From assembly GCF_001194135.2 (NCBI RefSeq), contig NC_069001.1, forward strand, positions 25,582,898-25,646,897: a stretch of 64,000 bases of DNA, given 5' to 3'. The notes beneath the pieces are model-generated. The model had not been told where the DNA came from, searched no databases, and saw only the letters and a program-made list of their open reading frames with translations. The DNA is from Octopus bimaculoides (lineage: Eukaryota). Of the stretch, positions 27,724-38,820 are shown one piece after another (within the stretch, counting starts at the first letter, position 1; every line of letters starts with the position of its first letter). The translations under genes were made by a program, and so were the position numbers.

Positions 27724-27798
27724 GTATAAGCCTGTACAGGTTTTAGGTTCAGGGAAGTGCTCTAAATACAAGGCCGGATCCGGCACAACGTACTCTAG
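27724..27798 (-). CDS. Exon-like segment, copy 1 (LEYVVPDPALYLEHFPEPKTCTGLY; frame stays open to 27589)
   Basis: cag|CTA acceptor. 15/25 amino acids identical to copy 2. Confidence 0.45.
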
Positions 27799-28089
27799 CT
27801 GCACCACATGTTACATGTACTGTTAAACCTCACCATACATGATAAAAGTTTTGAAAACAATACCTGATGCTTGAAATATTATCATGGTTTGTGCAAATTA
27901 AAGACAGTACAACTAATGAGTTTACAACAACGAGAAGAATCTTACATGAATACTATCTAGCACCTATTCTCTTCGCTATTGTGGTGACTGCATTTATATA
28001 TGGTTATGTTTGTTTGTTTGAGGGTACTACTGTGTTGTGCGTGTACGTACTTATTTTGCCTTATATGGTATATTTACTTACATATTATT

Positions 28090-28760
28090 TGATATAGCGA
28101 CACGCCACTTCACGTCAGATTTGAGAATAGGAGTGTGAAGACATATCATTTGATAGGAAAACCTGGACGCAAAGAGTCCATGACAGATTGAACACATTCT
28201 AGAGAAATTTAAGACGGATGGTCACACATAAGATCTGCTAGAAAACACGATGCCATTGAGCCTATAGTTTCTCTCTTAGTCTGTGAAGTATGTGACTGTC
28301 TATGTATGCTTTGTGCAGGTCTGGTGTGGCACCAGAGAAACCACGAAGAAAGACCGGTTAAAATGTACTACGGCTCTCCTGCTGCAGTCAACCTCACATG
28401 CACTGTCTGCCATTGGGCCTATAGTTTCTCTCTTAATCTGTGAAGTATGTGACCGTCTCTGTATGTTTTGTGCAGGTATGGTGTGGCACCAGAGAAACCA
28501 CGAAGAAAGACTGGTTACAAAGTACTACGGCTCTGCTGCAGCGGTCAAACTCACAAGCACAGTCGACCTGAAAATGTATATATCTCACTCAGGTTTATTT
28601 AGCTACATGAGGGGGCACAGAGAAAACCATCAGAATGATCCTGAAGAATCAAGAAGTCAATAGAATTTGTATAAATGTCAAATCTGCAACAAGATCTGTA
28701 GTGTCGTTTTCCGGATTCAGGAACTATTCTTGTGTTCAAGACATACAATGCTGTTATAGT
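28090..28760 (+). mobile_element. RTE-type LINE 3' remnant with a C2H2 zinc-finger tail and an internal 157-bp tandem duplication
   Basis: Canonical C-x2-C-x12-H-x3-H fingers CEVCDCLCMLCAGLVWHQRNH and CEVCDRLCMFCAGMVWHQRNH. Further decayed fingers (SHSGLFSYMRGH, YKCQICNKIC). An upstream DRKTWTQRV motif resembles the RTE C-terminus. Confidence 0.65.
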
Positions 28761-29140
28761 CAGTTTTTTGTCAGCCATGGTTATACTCCATTAACGAGTC
28801 AACAGTCATAATGTATGTACGTAGATAAAACGAAAAAAATAGAGATTGGAATCTATAAAGAAAAAGTGGCGTGCCATACTCGCCGGTTGCTTCAGCAAGA
28901 TACTAAGGGCGTGGTTTCATTTCATTACCAGCATACTGAAGTTGTAGTAATTACAGTAGACTATAATCTCATTATTGTATATGTGACGTCAATATCATAC
29001 GATTGGAATCGTGTGTGTACGCTTGATGTGAGAGTGTTTACGTATCTGTACAAGAATTTTATTTTTATAATATGAGTGCAAAGAGTATGATGATATGATA
29101 GCTATTCGTATGTTTCTGATTTTTGTATATCTATCTATCT

Positions 29141-29206
<66 letters not shown>

Positions 29207-29261
29207 ATGCATATACATACATACATATACACACATATATATTTACTTGTGTATACATACA

Positions 29262-29298
<37 letters not shown>

Positions 29299-29367
29299 AT
29301 GCATATACATAGATACATACATACATACATATACACACATATATATATTTACTTGTGTATACATACA

Positions 29368-29410
<43 letters not shown>

Positions 29411-31707
29411 ATGCATATACATAGATACATACATACATACATATACACACATATATATATTTACTTGTGTACATACATGCATATATATATATATACATAT
29501 ATGTAAGTATGCATGTATATATGCATGTATCTGTATATGTATGCGTGTGTATATGTATGTATGCATATACATGTATATGTATGTATGCATATACATGTAT
29601 ATGTATGTATATATACATGTGTATGTGTACACGCATGTATGTATTATTACAAATGTTTATATATGCATGCATCTATAGAATTTCTATTTCTTTTCCTTGT
29701 GTAATGTCGACTACTGTACCAATGTGTTTAGAGATGTAAGAAACCTCTTTATCTTGCATTGTTCTTTTTCCGGTTTGTTTTTCTTTCATATTCCCCTTTT
29801 CTACGCTAACCTCACTTCCCCCATCGGAGATTTTAATGCCGAAAATTATCAACCTAATTATACCCCATATCGCCGCTTTCCACTAGCTTATCTCTCATCA
29901 ATGACACCACGTACACATGAATAACATTATAATCAACTGGAACTACGAAAAAAATGTGTGTATGCTCATAACGAAGTGATTCTGCACCCCAATTGCATCC
30001 AGGTAATCCGTAATATGTACCCGAGGAAAAAGTACACCTGACAGTTACAGGGCCCTTGTGATTAGAGTAAGATTGGAACCAGAATTGTTTGAACCAGATG
30101 AGAAAGAAAGTTTTGCTGGAAAGAGAGAAGATAGAAAAACTATGTTGAGCGTTTCCGGAATTAATTAACCATACGGATATATATATGTTCGATATGAGAA
30201 TCTTCCCGGTGTGATTGGGAGAGATCTGCTGGAAGATATAACGGACGAACGACAAAAAAAAAAAGATGAGACTGTAAAATGAATAGTTAAATGGAACTGC
30301 AAGCTTTTGGGGCTCGTAAGCCATTTCATTATAAATATTTCATCACATACTCATCATTCATTACATGTACCCCACATTTGTGTTGTCTGTCCTTATAATG
30401 TCTATTCTATGTGGGGCTTTATGCGTGAATAAAGATAGCTGTTACAGGATACGTGGAACAATTGTAGTACTCAACAGACTTTTCCATCCCGATTATTTAC
30501 ACATTCGATAAGTGCATTAAAAGCAACGTTTTCTGCTTTCGAAATGAAGTTCTGTTGTGATTGTCATCGGAACTTTCTGTTTAAGCTCGATATGGGATGA
30601 ACTGTAGTTGATTCATTGATTAATAAATTTTGTTGATCAAATATTGAGTGAACTTTGTTTTCTATAGAAGCCGTGTTTACTGTTGTCAATAACAAAACTG
30701 TACCGTAGCACGATAACTTCACTGCTCCTACAATATATCTACCTATCTATCGATCAATCGATCGATCTATCTGTATGTTTCTCTATATTTATATATTTGA
30801 ATAGGCAGATGGACAGATAAATAGACAAGTAAATTGATATACATACACACACTTACACAAATAGTCTGCATACATGAAATGTTCTGAATATATGTGAATA
30901 TATGTAAACATACTTATGGTTTTCAATGCTGCTATCAATCTGAAAGAAATTTATTTAACGACATGTAGACGACTTGAGATATTAAGTCAATATTGCAAGA
31001 CATCTATAATGGAAGCCATACAATAAAGACAGTTATTTTCTCAATGTACCTCAGAAAATGCGTATAAGCACCAATCTTTCCTTTCAAATGGTTTATTTGC
31101 TTCGTTGACAGATCTTTTTTTATTGAACAAAGTAGAAAGATGCATATTTATAACAGTGTGAATGTTATCGAGTTGTCTTTGTTAAACTACTAACACATAT
31201 TTTTCTCCTTTACTTTGTCTTTTGTCTTTTAATTTTTTAGCTCTATGATGATGTAGGTTTGTTTGGATGAAAACAAACATACGCATATATANNNNNNNNN
31301 NNNNNNNNNNNNNNNNNNNNNNNNNNNNNNNNNNNNNNNNNNNNNNNNNNNNNNNNNNNNNNNNNNNNNNNNNNNNNNNNNNNNNNNNNNNNNNNNNNNN
31401 NNNNNNNNNNNNNNNNNNNNNNNNNNNNNNNNNNNNNNNNNNNNNNNNNNNNNNNNNNNNNNNNNNNNNNNNNNNNNNNNNNNNNNNNNNNNNNNNNNNN
31501 NNNNNNNNNNNNNNNNNNNNNNNNNNNNNNNNNNNNNNNNNNNNNNNNNNNNNNNNNNNNNNNNNNNNNNNNNNNNNNNNNNNNNNNNNNNNNNNNNNNN
31601 NNNNNNNNNNNNNNNNNNNNNNNNNNNNNNNNNNNNNNNNNNNNNNNNNNNNNNNNNNNNNNNNNNNNNNNNNNNNNNNNNNNNNNNNNNNNNNNNNNNN
31701 NNNNNNN

Positions 31708-31740
<33 letters not shown>

Positions 31741-31769
31741 AAAAAAAAAATCAAGGCTTATAGATATAT

Positions 31770-31985
31770 AAGGCTGTCTGTTTGTGTGTGTGATTGTTCC
31801 CGACCACCGCTTGACAACTGGTGCTCGTGTGTTTACGCCTCCGATAATTAGCGGTCCGGGAAAAGAGACCGATAGAAGTACCAGGCTGATAAAAACGTTG
31901 TGGGTTCCATTCATTCGACAAGATTTCCTCAAGGCTTTGTCCCAGCATAGCCGCAGTCTAATGACTAAAACAAGTAAAAGAAACC
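31770..31985 (+). mobile_element. SINE family B, 3' half (5' half lost in the gap)
   Basis: CCACCGCTTGACAACTGGTG..GACCGATAGAA..CCAGCATAGCCGCAGTCTAATGACTAAAACAAGTAAAAG. Confidence 0.75.
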
Positions 31986-33059
31986 ACCAATACTGTCAAC
32001 AACGTCTACAAATCCATTTGTACGAACACGCGCTAAGATATCAGTGCACACACATAAGCACACCTATGTACGACGTACAGTCTTTATTGAGACGTTCCTA
32101 TTTCAAAGTCATCAAGCCACCACGAGCAGTCAACTGGTTCACCTGTTGTTTGTTCTACCAGCTGCTGCTGCTGATGTTTCTTCTATTACTCAGGCTCACA
32201 CCTGTACTTAGCAATCAAAACATTCATTATATAACTTTTCACTAACTCTATCACAAGCAGAATCTTAATGCTGACAGCAATCATTGCCATCATTATTCTA
32301 CGTATTCGTGTATATCGTTTTCTCTCTGAACCACCACCCCCTCTCTCTCTCTCTCTCTCTTTCTCTCACTTGCTCTTTTTCCTCAACTCTCTTTCTGCTC
32401 ACTCTCTCTCCCTTCATCCAACACAGACAAACACATGCAATATTTCTCTTCACGCAGAGTGTTGATGATTCTGGCAAATATTCAAATCTTTGTGGAGAGA
32501 CTGGGACATTCTTGCCTTTTGATATTAAAATTAGATTACTATACATTTTCTTTTTTATGGAACATCTAAAAGAAACGACGCACATACATTAATATACTTC
32601 TTGTTTTTCTTTCCCTTCATGGTAGACTGTTTGCCTCATTATAGATCTATTTTGTGTGTATGTGTATGTACATAAACTTCAATCATTTCTCTCTATATTC
32701 TGTCTCATGCAAGACAGATTCATCGTATAATGAAGTAGTATTTAGAATTCTACTCGGCGGTTCATATAATGCAAAACTGTGTTATTTTCTGTTTTCGTTT
32801 CTATAATATATTTTAGTGAAACGAATATTTTACGTAATCCCGATCCACTTCGTGCCTGTTTCAAGGACAAACGCATTAAGTGCAAAACACCAAACTGAGA
32901 CATTCTCTTGTAGACACTGATTACGACTTTCGACGCCTAAAATATTCTAAATGAAATTTTGAGAGAGAGTGAGAGAAAGAGGAAGACATATGGAGAGAGA
33001 TAGACAGAGAGAAAATGAGGTGTCAATAACATAAAAATGTGAGCAATAAATATTTCTAC

Positions 33060-33228
33060 TAAAGGCACTAGGCCTGAAATTTTGGGGAAGGGGACTAATC
33101 GAATGCATCGACCCAGTATTTCACTGGTACTTAATTTATCAATCCCCAAAGGATGAAAGATATTGCCGACATTGTCGGAATTAAAATTCAGAAACACCAC
33201 TAAGCATTTTGTCAGCTCGCCGCCTTAA
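33060..33228 (-). mobile_element. SINE family A
   Basis: GGCACTAGGCCTGAAATTTT..ATCGACCCAGTATTTCACTGGTACTTAATTTATC..CTAAGCATTT..AGCTCGCCGCC. Confidence 0.75.
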
Positions 33229-33239
33229 ATGTGGATAAT

Positions 33240-33462
33240 AATGATTATTTACATTATTTACAATTGATGGATATTTGTCCTCATCTTCTTCGTTGTTAAC
33301 ACAACATTTCGGCTGATATACCCTCCAGCCTTCATCAGATGTCTCGGGGAAATTTCGAACCTGGGTTCTCATTCCTAAGGTATTTTTCGATGTTGTTGTT
33401 GTTCAGAGCACTGCTTGGAATAGAACTCGGTATCTTGGGGTTAGTAGCCCACGCTCTTCACG
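33240..33462 (-). mobile_element. tRNA(Thr)-like-headed SINE with a Penelope-type hammerhead tail
   Basis: Head GTGAAGAGCGTGGGCTACTAACCCCAAGATACCGAGTTCTATTCCAAGCAGTG (A box, B box, anticodon-like arm), then (AAC)n, then GACAT-CTGATGA-A-GGCTG..CAGCC-GAAA-TG-TT-GTGTT, then a (GTAAATAAT)2 tail. Confidence 0.65.
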
Positions 33463-33755
33463 TTAGTGGTGTTGATCCTAAAGCCAAACACACAAAGTAT
33501 TCCATGTATATATAGGCTATTATCGTTGATCATGGCGAATACATAGCTAAATCCTATTCTTGTCGATATACATCAGTGTCCAAACTGAAGTAGATAGTTT
33601 CTACACAGAAGGTCAACATTTCTATCAAGTTTCTTATTGGTATACTAGTGCGTTCTTTCAGATGGGTGTCTGTGACTAGTTTTTCTTGAATCACCGATAG
33701 TGCTTCACCAGCTGGGACTTTGGAGCACAGACTTATCACATCTAGACTCACCATA
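33463..33755 (-). pseudogene. Penelope-like reverse transcriptase fragment
   Basis: MVSLDVISLCSKVPAGEALSVIQEKLVTDTHLKERT..EMLTFCVETIYF..YRQE*DLAMYSP*STIIAYIYMEYF matches the PLE RT motifs (SfDVxSLfTxVP; YxQ; GxAMGSPLS..ANIYME). Confidence 0.88.
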
Positions 33756-33804
33756 TGGAATAATAATAATAATAATGATGATAATAATAATAATAATCCC
33801 TTCC

Positions 33805-33985
33805 ACTGTTGGCACAAGGTTGTAAGTCGATTACATCGACCCTAGTGCTCAACTGGTACTTCTTTTACTGACCCCGAAAGGATAAAACTCAAAGTCGACT
33901 CCAGTGGCATTTGAACTCAGAGCATGATGACCGCTAATCATCATTTCATCCGGTGTACTAACAGTTCTGCCAGCTCGCTGCCTTT
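33805..33985 (-). mobile_element. SINE family A
   Basis: GGCACAAGG..GATTACATCGACCCTAGTGCTCAACTGG..GTCGACTCCAG..TTTGAACTCAGAGC..GTTCTGCCAGCTCGC. Confidence 0.75.
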
Positions 33986-34585
33986 TAGATAATAATAGTA
34001 AGCCGTTTATAAAAGTTATTCATTCAATTTCTCTCTCACAATTGTTTAGTTAAACAAAAAAATTGTGTGCATGCTGAAAAATTCAATTTGTAAACTTGAC
34101 AAATATTTGCTTCAATAAGAAACAACAGCTTGATATTTTCTCTGGAAAAAATTTTATTCTTTTTTATGCGAATAATCTGAACTTTATACTTTTCTATACT
34201 TTCTTAGCGATAGATTTAGCAAAATTTAACGATATTTGATAGGAATTAATACACACAAAATTTAAAGTCATTCTACTCTTACTATACACATCTTTATACT
34301 GGAATGCAACCCTAGAGGTGACTATACAGTTAATCTCAACATCTCTCTAGAAAATGTCATTCTGGTGTGGCTCGACTGGGATTCACCTGTGACAACTCCA
34401 GAGCATTTTAGAGGTCGGGCCTTTAATCTTGGTTTTGAAGTGAGAGAGGGGACCGTGCAAAATAGGTGAATTAACAGATAATCGCGAAATTTGGGTATTT
34501 CAAGAGAAAGATTTCGTAAACTTTTACAATGGTCGTCGCAAGATGTCTAGTCTAAGTGCGTATATTTTCTTTCAGAAGATGTGGC

Positions 34586-35139
34586 GGATCTTTTTTAAAA
34601 CGGGGGCCACATTTTTTATTAACGAAACACTTTGAAACTTGGAACACTGGTAGAATGTGTCATATAAAACATCTTTTTTCTCTTAGTCTTCTTAAAAAAA
34701 AAAGAAATCCATAAGTTATTCCATGTGAAAGTTGTCGTATTTCTGTAATTTCAACCAATCACTGACGTCCATTCAGCCGATATACATTAAGTGCCGACTA
34801 CATAAACAAACGATTCTGAAACAATTAACCCTAACCCTATGGTTAGGGTTAAAGCAAATTTAAAATGAAAGCAAATAAAAAGAAGGTATGGAGATTAAAT
34901 ACGCTTTACATCGCTTAATCAGCCAAAGGAGTAAATATAAACAACTGAATATTTGTCAGTGATTGGTTGAAATTATCGAAATAAGACAATTTTTTACATG
35001 AAATAAATTCGAATACAACAATATTTTTCTGTTCTATAACACAAAATAGATAAGTATACGAAGTTTGAAAATCTTTCCGTACCAAAAACACTACGTAAAA
35101 CATTAATGAAAAATGTGTCCCCCGTTTTAAAATAGATCC
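34586..35139. mobile_element. 554-bp MITE with 8-bp TSD (GATGTGGC); Merlin- or MULE-like GG termini
   Basis: TIR GGATCT.TTTTAAAACGGGGG.CACATTTTT at both ends. Exact GATGTGGC at 34578-34585 and 35140-35147. Internal inverted repeats and a central CCCTAA/TTAGGG palindrome. Confidence 0.9.
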
Positions 35140-35362
35140 GATGTGGCAAACACTCTTCCTACTTGTTTATGTTACTTGGCTGATTAGTATTACTTTCAAT
35201 ATTCACAACTTAGACTCATGTAGAAAATTAACGTCGAAGTTCCACCACCCTTATTGCATGATTGGCCGATAATGGGAACTGAAAGTTTAATAATCTGCGT
35301 GTGAAGGCTATCTCAGTCGCTTGTGTATATCACAGGTTTGTGCTCTGTGTAGTCGACGATTT

Positions 35363-35913
35363 TTAAAAAACTGGATAACGTATACTATCCTTATAAACTG
35401 GCCTGCGAAAATCTCTGTCTAGAATATGACCCAGACAACCCAATATGGTTCGTTCATGTTTCACACTTGCACGTTCAGGAAATCCAATCGCAACTTGCCT
35501 GAGCAGGTTTTTCACCCCCTCTTCTAGCCCAATATAATATGCACCTGCCTGCAATATAGCGTTCCAATGTCCGATTAGTACCTAATAAAGTTCGAGAAAA
35601 CTTCCAGACATCTGAAGGAAGCTGCTAGTTCTTCCCTTGTCGGAGCAGAAGCAGTCGCCGGTCTGAAGGAATCCTCGTCCCTACTGATTATATCCAGGGC
35701 CACCAACTTGCCTTCTGGTTCCAGGAAGATATCCCTTACTTTGAGATTCTGCCATCTCCAGAACGAAACCGCAGTTCCCTCTCTCATTGATATGGAGATA
35801 AGTAAATCACGATTGTCAAGGATATAAGTAAATATCGTCTCCACCAGAGATGGGAATAAAAGCTCGTCGTTCGGAGACCTAATTACACTGATAGCCACTA
35901 TAGTGAGTAGCAT
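35363..35913 (-). pseudogene. Unidentified decayed reading frame (~185 aa over one frameshift), possibly retroelement ORF1 or viral
   Basis: A 112-aa ORF (35575-35913) overlaps a second open frame running to 35363. The segment looks less AT-rich than its flanks. No motif recognised. Confidence 0.35.
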
Positions 35914-36791
35914 GAGGTACCCCTGTTTCTAAGACGACCTAAGAACATGTGCATTTATACTGCCTATTCAAAATAATGCAACATTGTTATACTGTGAGAA
36001 AGAATGAACAGAGAAGAAAGCTTTACAGTGATATTAAGATGGTTGGGGATAGATGCTTCGTTCTTCTGATTAAATGTGGATGTTTCCCCGAGAAGTTCTT
36101 TATCAGGTAGTTTGTTAATAATTTATTTTAAAATTTCCGAGCAAATCATGATATTTATATAGTGTTATATGTCTTTTGTATCGTTTACATGATTTTTTTC
36201 AATGAAATCGCTCTGAGTAATGTCTGCGCAATTGTATATGTTTTTTCCATTAATGCTTTGTCGTTTGTGTTTATTGGAGTATAATTTGCGATGTTTTTGT
36301 TCTTTTTGATTTGTTTCTATAATGGCATTTGCTGGTATTTGTGTGACTGGCTGTGTCTATAGTGATGGTGATGATGTTGCTATTGTTCGTTTTATTGGTA
36401 CGTTGTTACTAGGTTCTGTAGGTTTGGATCTCCCTGCATTTTTGTTGGCGACATTTGCTCTCTTTTTCTTTCTTTCTTCCTTTCTTTCTTTCTACCTTCC
36501 TTACTGCTGTTGTTCTTTTCCTTCACCTCCACCACACGTCTCAGGGGTCACCTCCGAGAAGAGGCATGTCTTCGGATTCATTGCCGTTTTATGTTGTCTT
36601 TTTTTTTGTGGGATGGCGGCGTGTTCAGTGGTTGATAGGTTGGTCGTGTATTGGTTCTTGAGGGCCGTGTTCCTGTTTTATAACTTATTGTTGTTTTTAA
36701 CGTTGGAATAGACTATTCTCTTCCTCCCAAATCTCAGGGCTTGTGCCTTTCGTAGAAAGGATTATGACAATTACTAATTTTTAAAAATATG

Positions 36792-37215
36792 GCGGTGAGC
36801 TGGCAGAAACTTCAGCACGCTGGACGAAATGCTTAGCGTAATTTTGCCTGTGGCTACGTTCTGAGTTCAAATTCCGCCGAGGTCGACTCTGCCTTTCTGC
36901 CTTGCGGGGTCGATAAATTAAGTACAAGTTGAGTACTAGAATCGAGTAATCGACTCGTCCCTTAAAATTTCAAGCCTTGTGCCTATAATTCAGAAGGTTA
37001 TTGTTACAATCATTTAAGGCGGCGAGCTGGCAGAATCATTGGCGAGTCGGGCGAAATGCTTAGCAGTATTTCATTTGTCGTTTTGTTCTGTGTTCGAAAT
37101 CCGTCAAGTTCGACTTTACTTTTCATTCTTCGGGGTCGATAATTGAACACTGGAGTCGATGTAATCGACATCATCCCCACCACAAATTGCTGCCCCTGTG
37201 GCAAAATTTGAAACT
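36792..37215 (+). mobile_element. Two tandem SINE family A copies (about 36792-36995 and 37015-37215)
   Basis: Both start GGCG(G)TGAGCTGGCAGAA / GGCGGCGAGCTGGCAGAA. The first contains GTTCTGAGTTCAAATTCCGCCGAGGTCGAC; the second is more diverged. Both end in A/T-rich tails. Confidence 0.85.
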
Positions 37216-37359
37216 AATATTATTATTACTATTATTATTATTATTATTATTATTATTGTTGTTATTATTATTATCGTTGTTATTGTAGTTATCATTAACA
37301 ACAAAAACAACAACAATAATAATAACAATAATCATTATAATAATCATGATCCTCACTAC

Positions 37360-37745
37360 TTATAGGTAGTGGGAAGGGACTAATCGATTACATTGACCCC
37401 ACTGCTTGGCTGATATTTATTTCATCAGCGATGAAACGCAAAGCCGACCTCGTTGCGATTTGAACTTAGAATGTAACGAAGGAGAAAATAGACAGCGAAG
37501 CATTTATATTGTGGTTCTAACGAATATTCCTCCTTGCCAACGTAATAAGGATTATTTCTACTATTGCCTCAAGAACTGAAATTTTGGGACAGTGCGTCTA
37601 GTCGATGATATCGACCCCGTTACTCGTCTGCTGTTCGTGTTATCTACCGCATAATGATTAAGTGAAAAGTATAGCTCGGCGGTATAAGGAACGCAGATTG
37701 TAAATTCGGAAGACACATTACTAAGCATTTTGTCCGGCGTGTTAC
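37360..37745 (-). mobile_element. Two diverged SINE family A copies in reverse orientation
   Basis: GACTAATCGATTACATTGACCCC..GACCTCGTTGCGATTTGAACTTAGAA, and TAGTCGATGATATCGACCCC..CTAAGCATTTTGTCCGGCGTG. Confidence 0.65.
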
Positions 37746-38394
37746 CATGTCTAGTACTAACAACGACGAGAACGATGGCGGTGGCAATGACGACAACAAA
37801 GATGATGTTGATTACAATGATGGTAGTGGGCGAGGTTTTAAATAGTGGTATGCAGCAAAGATGGCAAATCTTCTAATAATATTAGGATAACTTACTCCAT
37901 GTGAATCAAATATAATATAAGAAAGAGACATTATATTATAGCATTTTTCTTTCCATTTCCTAGTCTATTTTGACTACAGTTTCTATTTTTTAAATTTTCT
38001 TTGTTTGTTTTACCCTCATTGTTATTCTTTTCAGATTGGCTGATTGTGTTTTTATCTCACTTTGTTTCTTTGCACTTCACAACATTATTTTAGGTCTGCG
38101 AGACATTTGGAGCGAATTTAGTGTGAATTTGGCTTTTAGACAAATATATTTTACGTCTGGCTCGTGTTCTATTACAGCTTCTGGCTCCAGTAAACATTTT
38201 TTGACTTGACTCAGTAGATTACGTCGAATTTGTCCATTCAATATTATCAGTTAAGTTTATCACCCAAACAGAGAGACGTTAAAATATTTGGCTTTAACTA
38301 ACATGTTATTCTGTGGCTATCTTGCTATGTATCTATTTGCAGGAGGCATACACAGACAACCAAACATCCCGCTTGAATACGTATAAATGTATCC

Positions 38395-38493
<99 letters not shown>

Positions 38494-38732
38494 GGTATAT
38501 GTATACAATACTATATTATATAATATATATATATTACACATACACACACACACATATAGGCACGTCCTTATGCATCTGTGTGTTCGTGTGTCTTTAGTTA
38601 TGTATATCGATGTGTATATATATTTATGTATATGTTGCATTATCAGGAAATATGAAAAAAATAGAACGGTTGAAACATTGATTAAAGTGGATCGAAATCC
38701 CTTATGTACATATATATATACGTGTATGTATG

Positions 38733-38777
<45 letters not shown>

Positions 38778-38820
38778 AGTTTTGGGGGTGATGTACAGAA
38801 ATTATATAGAAAACAATTAA

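Noticed and set aside
28251-28561. Direct repeats considered as a possible CRISPR-like array
   Set aside because: Only two adjacent 157-bp copies with no spacers, in a eukaryotic LINE remnant.
33500-33530. In-frame TGA in the Penelope RT read as selenocysteine
   Set aside because: It falls at the conserved Leu of GSPLS, a nearby TAG is also present, and no SECIS was seen. Ordinary decay is more likely.
36322-36711. 129-aa hydrophobic + strand ORF
   Set aside because: It is the antisense of A-rich low-complexity sequence and includes a (CTTT)n tract, so the hydrophobicity is compositional.
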